Assembly (NCBI GenBank): GCA_041178425.1
Contig: JBEGVH010000007.1
Location: forward strand, 1 to 29,053
DNA: 29,053 bases
Reading direction: 5' to 3'
Source of the DNA: Pseudomonadota bacterium
Lineage (GTDB): Bacteria > Bdellovibrionota > Bdellovibrionia > Bdellovibrionales > Bdellovibrionaceae
The position numbers and the translations under genes are program-made. Shown piece after piece: positions 1 through 8,146 of this stretch (position 1 is the first letter of the stretch; every line of letters starts with the position of its first letter). The notes under the pieces are model-generated. The model had not been told where the DNA came from, did not search any database, and saw only the letters and a program-made list of their open reading frames with translations.

Positions 1-2
1 GG

Positions 3-1526
3 CCACGTTTAGTTTTATCATTGGCTGGTCTTTTGCTCCTCTTAAGTCTGATGCTATTACCATTTATGGGAAATAATTTTTTACCTCAATTTAATGAAGG
101 AACGGCCACTATAGGTGTAGGAAGTATGCCCGGAATTTCCTTACCAGCATCAGATGCCCTAGGATTTGAGATTGAGAAGGCTATCGCATCGGTACCCGAG
201 GTCAAGTCTACCGTTCGTCGAACTGGCCGAGCTGAAATGGACGAGCATGCCGAGGGAGTGCATTGGCACGAAATCGATGTAGACTTTAACGAAAAGGGGA
301 GATCTCGACCCTTAGTGTTGAATGAGATCAGAGACCGCATCGAAGAAGTGGGAAATGTTTACGTTAATATTGGGCAACCAATTGGGCATCGACTGGACCA
401 CTTACTTTCTGGAGTAAGGGCCCAACTAGCGATCAAGATTTTCGGAACTGACCTTGCGGAATTAAGGAGGCTCGGGGGAGAAATTTTTGATGCCATTGAG
501 CCAATTGAGGGAATCGTTGACCTTCAGACCGAGGCGCTCGTTTTAGCGCCACAGTTAAAAATATCGATTGATCGCGAAGCAAGCGCCGGATACGGAATTC
601 GATCGGGTAGCCTCGCAAAAGACCTCGAGATCGCTTTGAATGGCGAAACTGTGGCCCAAATTATCGAAGGTCAAAGAATGTATGATGTTTTCATGCGGCT
701 CGACGATCAGTCGCGCGCAAGTCCTGAAAATCTTGCCGATACGTTGGTAAAATTTATGCCCACAGGTCAGGGAGTAAAACTCTCTGATGTTGCGAATATC
801 TATCAAGGAACCGGAGTTAATCTTGTCAACCATGAAGGTATGCTGAGACGATTTGTTGTCTCCGCAAACATTCAGGGGCGAGACCTCGCAAGTGTTGTCG
901 AGGAGGTTCAACGTAAAGTCTCTCATATAAAATTAGGTGAGGGATATTTTATCAAATTTGGCGGCCAATTTGAGAGCCAGAGAGAGTCCTCGAGGAGAAT
1001 TCTTTGGTTGGGTGTGCTTTCCTTATTGGGTGTTTTTGCAGCTCTTTATTTTCATTTTGGATCAGGGCTTTTGAGTTTGCAGGTGATGATGAATGTTCCT
1101 CTTGCTCTCATCGGAAGTATTACGGCCATTTATTTAACAGAAAAAACATTGTCCGTTGCGACGTTAGTGGCGTTTGTTACGCTTTGTGGAATTGCTACGC
1201 GCAATGGAATTTTACTCATTAGTCACTATCTACATTTGATGAAGAGCGAAGGTGAAAAATTCGATGAGCAGATGGTAATTAGAGGATCGCTTGAGAGAAT
1301 CATACCAGTTTTGATGACGGCCTCCACAGCGGCATTAGCTTTGGTTCCCTTGTTGCTAGCCAGCGGAGAGCCAGGCAAAGAGATCCTTTATCCGGTGTCG
1401 GTCGTTGTTGTGGGTGGTCTTATTTCATCAACTCTTCTGGACTTAGTAGTGACGCCTACAGTGTTTTTAAAGTTTGCAAAGAGAGCAGTTATGAAGTCTC
1501 TCCAAAAACAAGAACTAGAAAAATAA
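3..1526 (+). CDS. CzcA/CusA-family heavy-metal RND efflux permease, C-terminal part (5' truncated by window)
   Basis: Frame is open from position 3. Motifs FLPQFNEG, RRTGRAEMDEHAEG, GIATRNGILLIS, ERIIPVLMT, GGLISSTLL and multiple C-terminal TM helices are typical of HME-RND permeases. Confidence 0.92.
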   Translation, partial: PRLVLSLAGLLLLLSLMLLPFMGNNFLPQFNEGTATIGVGSMPGISLPASDALGFEIEKAIASVPEVKSTVRRTGRAEMDEHAEGVHWHEIDVDFNEKGRSRPLVLNEIRDRIEEVGNVYVNIGQPIGHRLDHLLSGVRAQLAIKIFGTDLAELRRLGGEIFDAIEPIEGIVDLQTEALVLAPQLKISIDREASAGYGIRSGSLAKDLEIALNGETVAQIIEGQRMYDVFMRLDDQSRASPENLADTLVKFMPTGQGVKLSDVANIYQGTGVNLVNHEGMLRRFVVSANIQGRDLASVVEEVQRKVSHIKLGEGYFIKFGGQFESQRESSRRILWLGVLSLLGVFAALYFHFGSGLLSLQVMMNVPLALIGSITAIYLTEKTLSVATLVAFVTLCGIATRNGILLISHYLHLMKSEGEKFDEQMVIRGSLERIIPVLMTASTAALALVPLLLASGEPGKEILYPVSVVVVGGLISSTLLDLVVTPTVFLKFAKRAVMKSLQKQELEK

Positions 1527-1537
1527 GGAGTATAAAA

Positions 1538-1996
1538 ATGATAAAAGTGTATCGATTGATTCTTTCGGCTATTCTTTTAATGTTCTCGTTGAATTCTTTA
1601 GGACACGATGAAGGCCACGGACCCAAAATTACCGATACCGGACGCTTTGGTGGACTCCTTTCGGCCGTCGTCGCAAAGGCAGAGGCATCGAAAGGTAAAC
1701 ACGCTGCCCTTGTTCTCAAAGCAGAACTCGTTCGTACTGGGGATGGACTCGTTCGCCTTTATTTGTATGGGCCTAATATGGAGAGCCTTGATTTAAAAAC
1801 GTTTAATCAAATAGCAAAAGCTGTCGTTGCATCGAAGACTAAAGGAAAATGGGTCGACGTGCCTTTTGAGCTTACGCTCAAGGAGAAATCATTTGAAGGG
1901 CAGTTACCAAAGTTTGAGGGACGGCCGTTCAACATCGATATTTCTCTTAAAAAGAACGATAGGGAGTTGTTAACGGCCTTTGACAACCTTGATTAG
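1538..1996 (+). CDS. Secreted/periplasmic hypothetical protein with N-terminal HDEGHG motif (possible metal chaperone)
   Basis: AAGGAG RBS upstream, signal peptide, His motif right after the predicted cleavage site; lies between the RND permease and TolC. Confidence 0.75.
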   Translation: MIKVYRLILSAILLMFSLNSLGHDEGHGPKITDTGRFGGLLSAVVAKAEASKGKHAALVLKAELVRTGDGLVRLYLYGPNMESLDLKTFNQIAKAVVASKTKGKWVDVPFELTLKEKSFEGQLPKFEGRPFNIDISLKKNDRELLTAFDNLD

Positions 1997-2003
1997 GATT
2001 GCA

Positions 2004-3296
2004 ATGAAGACCACTTTATCGAATCAATTTATATTCACCGTATTTGTGTTGTTTGTCGGAATGAAAGTTTTCGGCAACGAAAACCAAGCACAAGACAAGG
2101 CGGTGATTCATAAAATTACCTATGAGATGCTTTCAACGACTGTAAAAGAGAAGAACGAAAGCATCGAGGCGATGCAGATACGATCGAGAGTTCAGAATGA
2201 ACAGAAAGGCTTTTTAGGACGTTCCTTTTTTCCAGAGGTGGGAATTGTTGCGGGGCAAGAGCAGTTAAAGTTGAGCGTTCAGTCGCATGAACCCCAAAAC
2301 TTTTGGCAAATCAATGCAAAAGTGAATATTTACAATGGGGGCCGAGACGCAATAGAAAACCAAATTCGTAAGGTCAATGCTTCTTTCGCCGATTTGTATT
2401 TAATTAAAACGATTCAGAGCTCGGTGAGAGAGGCCCGCTTATGTTTTTGGAAGATTGTGGGCATTGACGCTCTGATCGCGATACGAAAGGATGCGCTCCA
2501 AAGAAACATTCAAAACTCGGCATCAGCAAAACGACGAGCGGGAGTGGGGCTCACCACGAGTGCTGATGTTGTTATGTTCAATATGAATAGGATAGGAATT
2601 GAAAGAGAGTTGAGCTTTTTAGAAATGCAGAGGCAAATAACCTTTCTGCGGCTGGGATCGCTTATGGGGCTAGAATCAGATAGAGCCTTCGAAATCGATT
2701 CGCGATTTCCTGACTTGAACGATTCAATGAGTTCAATAAAAAAAATCGAGCCCGAAAAACGGTGGGCACAAACCATAGAGAAAATGAATTCTCAAATGGA
2801 ACAATTAGAATCGTTGCGTTTGAGTCAGTGGTGGTATCCTCAAATCGACGCCTACTCAAGTCTTGGGCTGCCATCACTCCAGCAAGAATATGATCGAGCA
2901 ATTACGAAAGAGAGCCAATGGGTGGCAGGAATCAGATTGAATTTTAGCTTTGGCAACACGCTCGAGGAAAGGCTTCAAGCCAAAAGTAAAAAAGACAACG
3001 CGCTGGCTACATCTAAAGCAGTATCTCAGGCTGTGAGGGAAATAGCGGCCTCCCAAAAAGGTGTACAGAAAGAGATCGAGCAAATTGCACCACTTATTCA
3101 GTTGGTGGATCAGGATATTCAAGTAGCACAAAAATTTTTGCAGCAAACTGAGTCTGAGTACAATCGAGGTGTAAAAAATGGTCCCGATCTTCTCAACGCG
3201 ACTCAAAAGTATTTTGAATTTAGAGATAGAAAAATCCAATACCAAGAAACTTATTTTGCAAAAAAAGCTGAATTTGAGAGTTTTGATTTCGAATAG
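2004..3296 (+). CDS. TolC-family outer membrane efflux protein
   Basis: Signal peptide, two OEP-like halves (FFPEVGI... / WYPQIDAY...; AKRRAGVGLTTSADV / YNRGVKNGPDLLNA), operonic with the RND permease. Start placed at ATG 2004, after the previous stop. Confidence 0.85.
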   Translation: MKTTLSNQFIFTVFVLFVGMKVFGNENQAQDKAVIHKITYEMLSTTVKEKNESIEAMQIRSRVQNEQKGFLGRSFFPEVGIVAGQEQLKLSVQSHEPQNFWQINAKVNIYNGGRDAIENQIRKVNASFADLYLIKTIQSSVREARLCFWKIVGIDALIAIRKDALQRNIQNSASAKRRAGVGLTTSADVVMFNMNRIGIERELSFLEMQRQITFLRLGSLMGLESDRAFEIDSRFPDLNDSMSSIKKIEPEKRWAQTIEKMNSQMEQLESLRLSQWWYPQIDAYSSLGLPSLQQEYDRAITKESQWVAGIRLNFSFGNTLEERLQAKSKKDNALATSKAVSQAVREIAASQKGVQKEIEQIAPLIQLVDQDIQVAQKFLQQTESEYNRGVKNGPDLLNATQKYFEFRDRKIQYQETYFAKKAEFESFDFE

Positions 3297-3440
3297 GCTT
3301 TCGAAGTCGATTCGTAGCTTCCTTATTAGGTCGAATCGTCTCAAAACAATTGAGGTTTTTTAACAGGACCTTCTTTAGGTGTGATCTGTCAAACACAAGT
3401 ATATTTGGAACCTGCAACCAATTTTTAAATGGGAGGTTCT

Positions 3441-4217
3441 ATGAACGTTATATATTTTAAAAACAAAATAGCATTTGGCCTGTTGATGTTTTTGCCCCTG
3501 GTGACCTGGGCTGGTGAGGCGACTCTTTCGGGGTATTCGGAAATGTATGTACCGGCCGAATTTGTAAGCGTCTCGGTTAGAGTGACTTCTGAGTGTTACG
3601 TATCGGCTCAGGGTGTGTCTGTGGCTAATGACGAAGTAGCTTCAAAAGTCTTGCAGGTTTTAAAGTCGTTAGCGGTCACCTCAGCAGGAGATGAAGTTAA
3701 AGCAACGGGCGGATTTGTGCAGCGGTATACGGGCTATAACCCTACAACTGGCAAAAACATATGCATAAACAACTTCCGAAAAATGAATCAAATAGTGTTT
3801 AAATCAAAAGACATCACAAACTTCCCAGGCCGATTTGCCGAAATTCAAGACAGACTTTATTCACTTGGCATGGAAACCGATCCCAACCATCTTGAAAAAC
3901 CAACGTCGTTTTTAGAGATAGGGGAACCTGGCGTTGGCATTAGCCTCGCCCAGCGACAAGAGTTTGAAAATCAGGCTCTCGTTCTAGCTCTTAATGATGC
4001 AAAAGAGAAATTCGAGAAAACGTTGAGTATTGCCGGAATCGACAAATACAAAATTATAAACTACACCGATGGTGGAATCATACCCCGTCGTATCGACGAT
4101 GACGCGAGAAGATCCGTGGCGGCCCCACCACCGGCCCCTGTCGAATTGGCAGATATTCTTATAAGTAAGTCGGTGACCGTTCGCTTCGAATACTCTGGTG
4201 GATCCTTGAATTTGTAA
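3441..4217 (+). CDS. SIMPL/DUF541-like periplasmic protein
   Basis: GGAGG RBS before ATG 3441, signal peptide, LSGYSEMYVPAE start motif, ALVLALNDAKEK helix, C-terminal SVTVRF strand. Confidence 0.65.
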   Translation: MNVIYFKNKIAFGLLMFLPLVTWAGEATLSGYSEMYVPAEFVSVSVRVTSECYVSAQGVSVANDEVASKVLQVLKSLAVTSAGDEVKATGGFVQRYTGYNPTTGKNICINNFRKMNQIVFKSKDITNFPGRFAEIQDRLYSLGMETDPNHLEKPTSFLEIGEPGVGISLAQRQEFENQALVLALNDAKEKFEKTLSIAGIDKYKIINYTDGGIIPRRIDDDARRSVAAPPPAPVELADILISKSVTVRFEYSGGSLNL

Positions 4218-4261
4218 CTCAGAATTTGCCAATGGGGATAAATTCACTTAACCTCAAGGGA

Positions 4262-4819
4262 ATGCTTCAACCACGTTTTACTTATCTTAACTCCAGCGAC
4301 CTCACGGATGTGAAGACCTTTACCGATCAATGGATTGGTAAAGGTTATTTTAGTTTAGAAGAGCTCAAAGATATTTTGTCTAAATCGATCAAATCAAATT
4401 TAACGGCGTCACTGATTGCTCGGATTGGGGTTCAAGTCGTCGGTGTACGGCTGAGTCTGGCTCCTAACTCGTGGATTGAGCCCGGCTTGAGGATCGCTAC
4501 CGAAAAATGGGGAGTGCCAATTGAAAAAGTTGGATACTTTAAAAGTCTCTTTGTTGCTGAAGAATTTCGTGGGAGAGGCTTGGGTCGTCGACTTTCGCAA
4601 CTATCAAAAGAAATCCTAGTCCAGCAAGGATCGTCTGCGATAGTTACACATTCTTGGTTAGAGTCTCCCGGTAACAGCTCTCAGGAGCACCTTCTGCGGC
4701 AAGGATTTGTTGAAGTGGCCAGGTATGAAAAATTTTGGGAGACTATTGATTATCAATGTTCTCGTTGTTCCCCAAGACGCTGCTTATGCACAGCGGTTGA
4801 GATGATACTAAAACTATAG
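4262..4819 (+). CDS. GNAT-family N-acetyltransferase with C-terminal Cys cluster
   Basis: Acetyl-CoA motif A (LFVAEEFRGRGLGRRL), motif B (LLRQGF), and CSRCSPRRCLC near the C-terminus. Start uncertain (4226/4232/4262). Confidence 0.85.
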   Translation: MLQPRFTYLNSSDLTDVKTFTDQWIGKGYFSLEELKDILSKSIKSNLTASLIARIGVQVVGVRLSLAPNSWIEPGLRIATEKWGVPIEKVGYFKSLFVAEEFRGRGLGRRLSQLSKEILVQQGSSAIVTHSWLESPGNSSQEHLLRQGFVEVARYEKFWETIDYQCSRCSPRRCLCTAVEMILKL

Positions 4820-4841
4820 TTTTGATTGGGTGTGAGGATCT

Positions 4842-6038
4842 ATGAGTGTTTCCTATTGGATGGACCGAAATCGAAATAATATTAGACTGGCGGACGTTGT
4901 TATCGTTGGGGGCGGAATTGCAGGTTTATCAACCGCCTATTGGCTCCATCGAGAAGATCCTTCACTTAAACTAATCTTGGTAGAAAAGAACCAAATCGGA
5001 GATGGTGCTACCGGTAGAAATGCTGGATTTATTACTTGTGGTTCCGTTGAGCATTTTAATCGTCTTGTTGGAAAGCATGGCATTGATGAGGCCACGCAGA
5101 TGTGGAAGTTCAGTGAGGAGAATTTACGTCTTCTTAAGGGCCATATTGTACAGGGAAAATGTTCTAACATAGGCTTTCAGCAAAAAGGCAGCTTCTCTCT
5201 CGCATCCACTGAAAATGAGTTTTCGGAGTTGCAAAAATCAGCCGATTTGATGAGTCGGTCTGGAATTCATGTTGATGTTTTAAATTCAGACGCTGTTGAA
5301 GAAAGATTGGGTGTAGTGAATTTTGTGGGAGGCATCAAATATATAGATGATGCTTCCGTTCATCCACTCCTTCTGTTGGATTCGATCAGGGCTCGTGTTT
5401 TAGATAATTCAAAGGGTAGTTTTGAAATTCTGGAAAATGCGGAAGTCTTTGCCATTGATCAGATGGCCGCATCGGGAAATAAAGTGGTAAGAACAAGAGC
5501 TGGTAGCATTGAAGCCCCAATGGTCGTGTTGGCCACAAACGGATATTCTCCCCTCATCAATAAATTTTTTGAGGATAAGATTTTCCCGACGCGAGGGCAA
5601 ATTTTGGCGACAGAGGCTGTTCCTCTATTTATGGAGGGCCCATGTTACGCGAATTTTGTGTTAGACTACTTTCGACAACTACCAACAGGTGAGTTGCTGA
5701 TAGGTGGTTTTAGGCAGTTACAAAAAGATACTGAGTTAGGTTATTCGGATCAAATTTCAAATGTAATTCAGTCTGCGCTTGACCGATTTGTTCAAGACCA
5801 TATTCCATCATTAAGAGGTGCCAAGGTAACCCATCGATGGACGGGTATTATGGGATTTAGTGTGGATGGTCAGCCGTTGATTGGAAGCCTTCCTGATGAT
5901 CCGCAGGTGTTCTTTGTTGGTGGGTTTACGGCTCATGGCTTAGGATTGGGCTTTCACAGTGCAAAAGCTCTCGTGGATATGATGTATGGAAGACCTATTC
6001 CCACTTTCTTATCGGCTCGACGCTTTTATTCAAAGTAA
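4842..6038 (+). CDS. FAD-dependent oxidoreductase (DAO/DadA/PuuB-like)
   Basis: SYW N-terminus, GGGIAG dinucleotide motif, GATGRNAG, LATNGY, WTGIMGFSVDGQPLIG, GFTAHGLG. Confidence 0.9.
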   Translation: MSVSYWMDRNRNNIRLADVVIVGGGIAGLSTAYWLHREDPSLKLILVEKNQIGDGATGRNAGFITCGSVEHFNRLVGKHGIDEATQMWKFSEENLRLLKGHIVQGKCSNIGFQQKGSFSLASTENEFSELQKSADLMSRSGIHVDVLNSDAVEERLGVVNFVGGIKYIDDASVHPLLLLDSIRARVLDNSKGSFEILENAEVFAIDQMAASGNKVVRTRAGSIEAPMVVLATNGYSPLINKFFEDKIFPTRGQILATEAVPLFMEGPCYANFVLDYFRQLPTGELLIGGFRQLQKDTELGYSDQISNVIQSALDRFVQDHIPSLRGAKVTHRWTGIMGFSVDGQPLIGSLPDDPQVFFVGGFTAHGLGLGFHSAKALVDMMYGRPIPTFLSARRFYSK

Positions 6039-6322
6039 TTTCTAATTTGGCAAATACTGAAGTCAAGAGTCTGTCTCAACCTGAGATTGTCCAGAGGATG
6101 ATCCGGCATGATCTGATTCAATGCTATGGTTAACTGAAGTTAACCAGGTGATGAATATTCAGATTCATTTATCTTCGCGTGCAATCCTACAATTGAACGA
6201 AAAAAAATAAAAATTATGAGAAAAACTGTCCCTCATTTAGGATTACTTGAGTGACTGCTTTAGCTTCGACAGAGGAATGAAAGCACAAAAACGTTTAAAC
6301 AGCATCTAAGAAAGGATGTGTC

Positions 6323-6676
6323 GTGAGAAGAATTATTTATGTCAGTTTAGTCTCGGCGCTCACTGGGACTATGTCATTTGCACAGGAGGAAGGGTGTGCC
6401 AAATTAAAGAGTGCGAGTGAAGAAATCGATTCTGCTGCATCGGCGCTTCGACAGGCAGAATACAATAAGTCGAACCAAAAAAAGCAGTTTGAAAAAACAT
6501 GTGGAGAGGGCGTTGTTGCGCAAAAGCGAGACTCCAAAGCTTGCGCCGAAAAAACAAAAAACGTTGAATCGGCGAAAGGAAGTTGGAATCAAGCTAATTT
6601 GGCCTATCAAAGAGCTCAAGCTAATTATACTTCGATAAAGATGTCGATCGTTAAAGCCAAGGTGGCTTGTAAGTAG
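6323..6676 (+). CDS. Small secreted helical protein with 4 Cys
   Basis: AAGGA RBS before GTG, signal peptide ending SFA, Lys/Ala-rich coiled-coil-like body. Confidence 0.75.
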   Translation: MRRIIYVSLVSALTGTMSFAQEEGCAKLKSASEEIDSAASALRQAEYNKSNQKKQFEKTCGEGVVAQKRDSKACAEKTKNVESAKGSWNQANLAYQRAQANYTSIKMSIVKAKVACK

Positions 6677-6680
6677 GGGG

Positions 6681-7466
6681 TCACTTTATCGTTTTCTCTT
6701 CTTGAGCGATAAAAAAATACCAGCCGAGTGGTATAGATTTTTCATACACCGAGGTGAGCTTTTTACCATTGAGATCATAATTGAAGGTGCCTTTATCGTT
6801 TTTAAAGGTTTGTTTGAAATCTTTTTGTAGAGCCTCGTCGCCAACATCCTTGACGTGTTTGAACATACGATCGACATAGCGATGAATAGAGATCTTTGCA
6901 TCATCGTTCATTGCATAGAAGTAAGTGTTTTTGGGGAGCTTCATGTGATCCTCAACCAATTGAGAGAGCAATCTTGCCCGAACTGAAACACCAATGGCCG
7001 CAACCACTTTGCCGTTACTTCTCACGGGCGCGGCAACGACAATGGAGCGATGGCCAGTGGATTTACTGATGACTAAATTACCCTCAATGATGTTTCCCTC
7101 AAAAAGGGCCGCAAAATAATCACGGTCTTGAAGGTTTTGAGCTGCGATCCCTCCTGTTTCTGTCGAGTAGTATTTACCGTCGGGAAGTACATACCAAACG
7201 GCCGCATCTGTTCTGAGATCCTTTCCGTATTGTTCGAGAAGGGGCTTTATGGTTTGCCAACTTGCAGATTTTGCTTCTGAGGTGAGTGTCAGTGTTTTTA
7301 CGGTACGAAGGACTCCAGCCAAATATTCTTCAACAAGGCCCATATACGTACTCACACTAATTTGGGGTTCGAGGGTGATTGGTGGAGTCTCTTTAGTGAC
7401 TCCGAAAGAGGGAGTTGGTGCTGTGATGAGGGTTATATATAATAATCGCTGCAAAATAGATTTCAT
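6681..7466 (-). CDS. Secreted stand-alone dCache-like sensor domain protein
   Basis: GAGGAGG RBS before ATG 7466; Cache motifs NLQDRDYF, ISKSTG, VVAAPV, YFYAMNDDAKISIH and terminal GWYFFIA. Confidence 0.8.
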   Translation of the reverse strand: MKSILQRLLYITLITAPTPSFGVTKETPPITLEPQISVSTYMGLVEEYLAGVLRTVKTLTLTSEAKSASWQTIKPLLEQYGKDLRTDAAVWYVLPDGKYYSTETGGIAAQNLQDRDYFAALFEGNIIEGNLVISKSTGHRSIVVAAPVRSNGKVVAAIGVSVRARLLSQLVEDHMKLPKNTYFYAMNDDAKISIHRYVDRMFKHVKDVGDEALQKDFKQTFKNDKGTFNYDLNGKKLTSVYEKSIPLGWYFFIAQEEKTIK

Positions 7467-7624
7467 GAGAGACCTCCTCGTCAATTGACGTTGGGTCAAC
7501 CTATTGTGTTTAGAATCTGGTGTGCAGTGGAGTTATCGTAATCTGTTAAGGTTAGAGATATTAGTCGACTAATAATGAATTCGTAGGATATGAAATTTTA
7601 GAAGCTATTTTAAGAAAGGGTTTT

Positions 7625-7894
7625 ATGAAATTTATTTTTGTTCTTTTATTTTCTTCATTATTAGCCTCAAACATCAATGCAGAAAATTTTAATATGACAG
7701 ATAATTTGCGTGCGGTCTCCATTCAGGCTTGTTCTATGTGGATATCAGGTTCGCCTGGAAATGGATATGTTTGTGCAAATATTCCCTCAGCCAGCCTCGT
7801 TGCAGAAGCTCGATCCTTCGCCTTCGAGATTAGACGTCTCCAGGATGTGATCACTTCGCTCGAAAAACGAATCGAAGTTTTAGAGAAAAAATAA
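7625..7894 (+). CDS. Small secreted hypothetical protein with C-terminal coiled coil
   Basis: AAAGGG RBS, signal peptide, a Cys pair, heptad tail EIRRLQDVITSLEKRIEVLEKK. Confidence 0.7.
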   Translation: MKFIFVLLFSSLLASNINAENFNMTDNLRAVSIQACSMWISGSPGNGYVCANIPSASLVAEARSFAFEIRRLQDVITSLEKRIEVLEKK

Positions 7895-7942
7895 AAAAGT
7901 ATTTAGTGTTTTGATATGCTGGCTCTACCGGCTCTACCCGGT

Positions 7943-7999
7943 TAGTTGTGGAAGGCCCTAAAACAAAAAAACCACCTTGCGGTGGTTTAATTTGGATGG
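7943..7999. repeat. 57-bp direct repeat, copy 1 (tRNA-Gln 3' tip plus terminator; att-like)
   Basis: TAGTTGTGGAAGGCCCTAAAACAAAAAAACCACCTTGCGGTGGTTTAATTTGGATGG, identical to 9215-9271. Confidence 0.97.
7965..7988. terminator. Duplicated intrinsic terminator
   Basis: AAACCACC-TTGC-GGTGGTTT hairpin with an adjacent A/T tract. Confidence 0.75.
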
Positions 8000-8053
8000 A
8001 TTGAAATGGCTCGAAACGGTCCGAAATATCGACCATAGGCGTGCCTTCCTTAA

Positions 8054-8140
8054 GCCATTTATGCGCCATCTTTACTTTGGCGCATAAATGGCGCAAATAG
8101 TATGCGCCATCTTTACTTTGGCGCATAAATGGCGCATACT
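8054..8140. repeat. Tandem 36-bp duplication with palindromic TGGCGCA boxes (putative operator)
   Basis: TATGCGCCATCTTTACTTTGGCGCATAAATGGCGCA at 8060-8095 and 8101-8136; perfect 15-bp inverted repeat 8054-8068/8078-8092; 12-bp inverted repeat 8099-8110/8129-8140. Confidence 0.92.
8112..8140 (+). promoter_or_regulatory. Putative sigma70 promoter for a leaderless fic transcript
   Basis: TTTACT-N17-CATACT-N6-ATG(8147); no Shine-Dalgarno sequence before the ATG. Confidence 0.5.
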
Positions 8141-8146
8141 TTCAAT

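Noticed and set aside
7943..7999. Second tRNA or tRNA pseudogene
   Set aside because: Only 7 bp match the tRNA; adjacent sequence has no T-arm or cloverleaf.
7851..8126. 91-aa minus-strand ORF as a Fic antitoxin or excisionase
   Set aside because: It runs through the operator repeats, the terminator and the end of another gene; no recognisable motif; Fic already carries its own inhibitory motif.
8060..8136. 36-bp palindromic direct repeats as a mini CRISPR array
   Set aside because: Only two copies with a 5-bp gap, no spacer-length unique sequence and no cas genes; the position over a promoter fits an operator.
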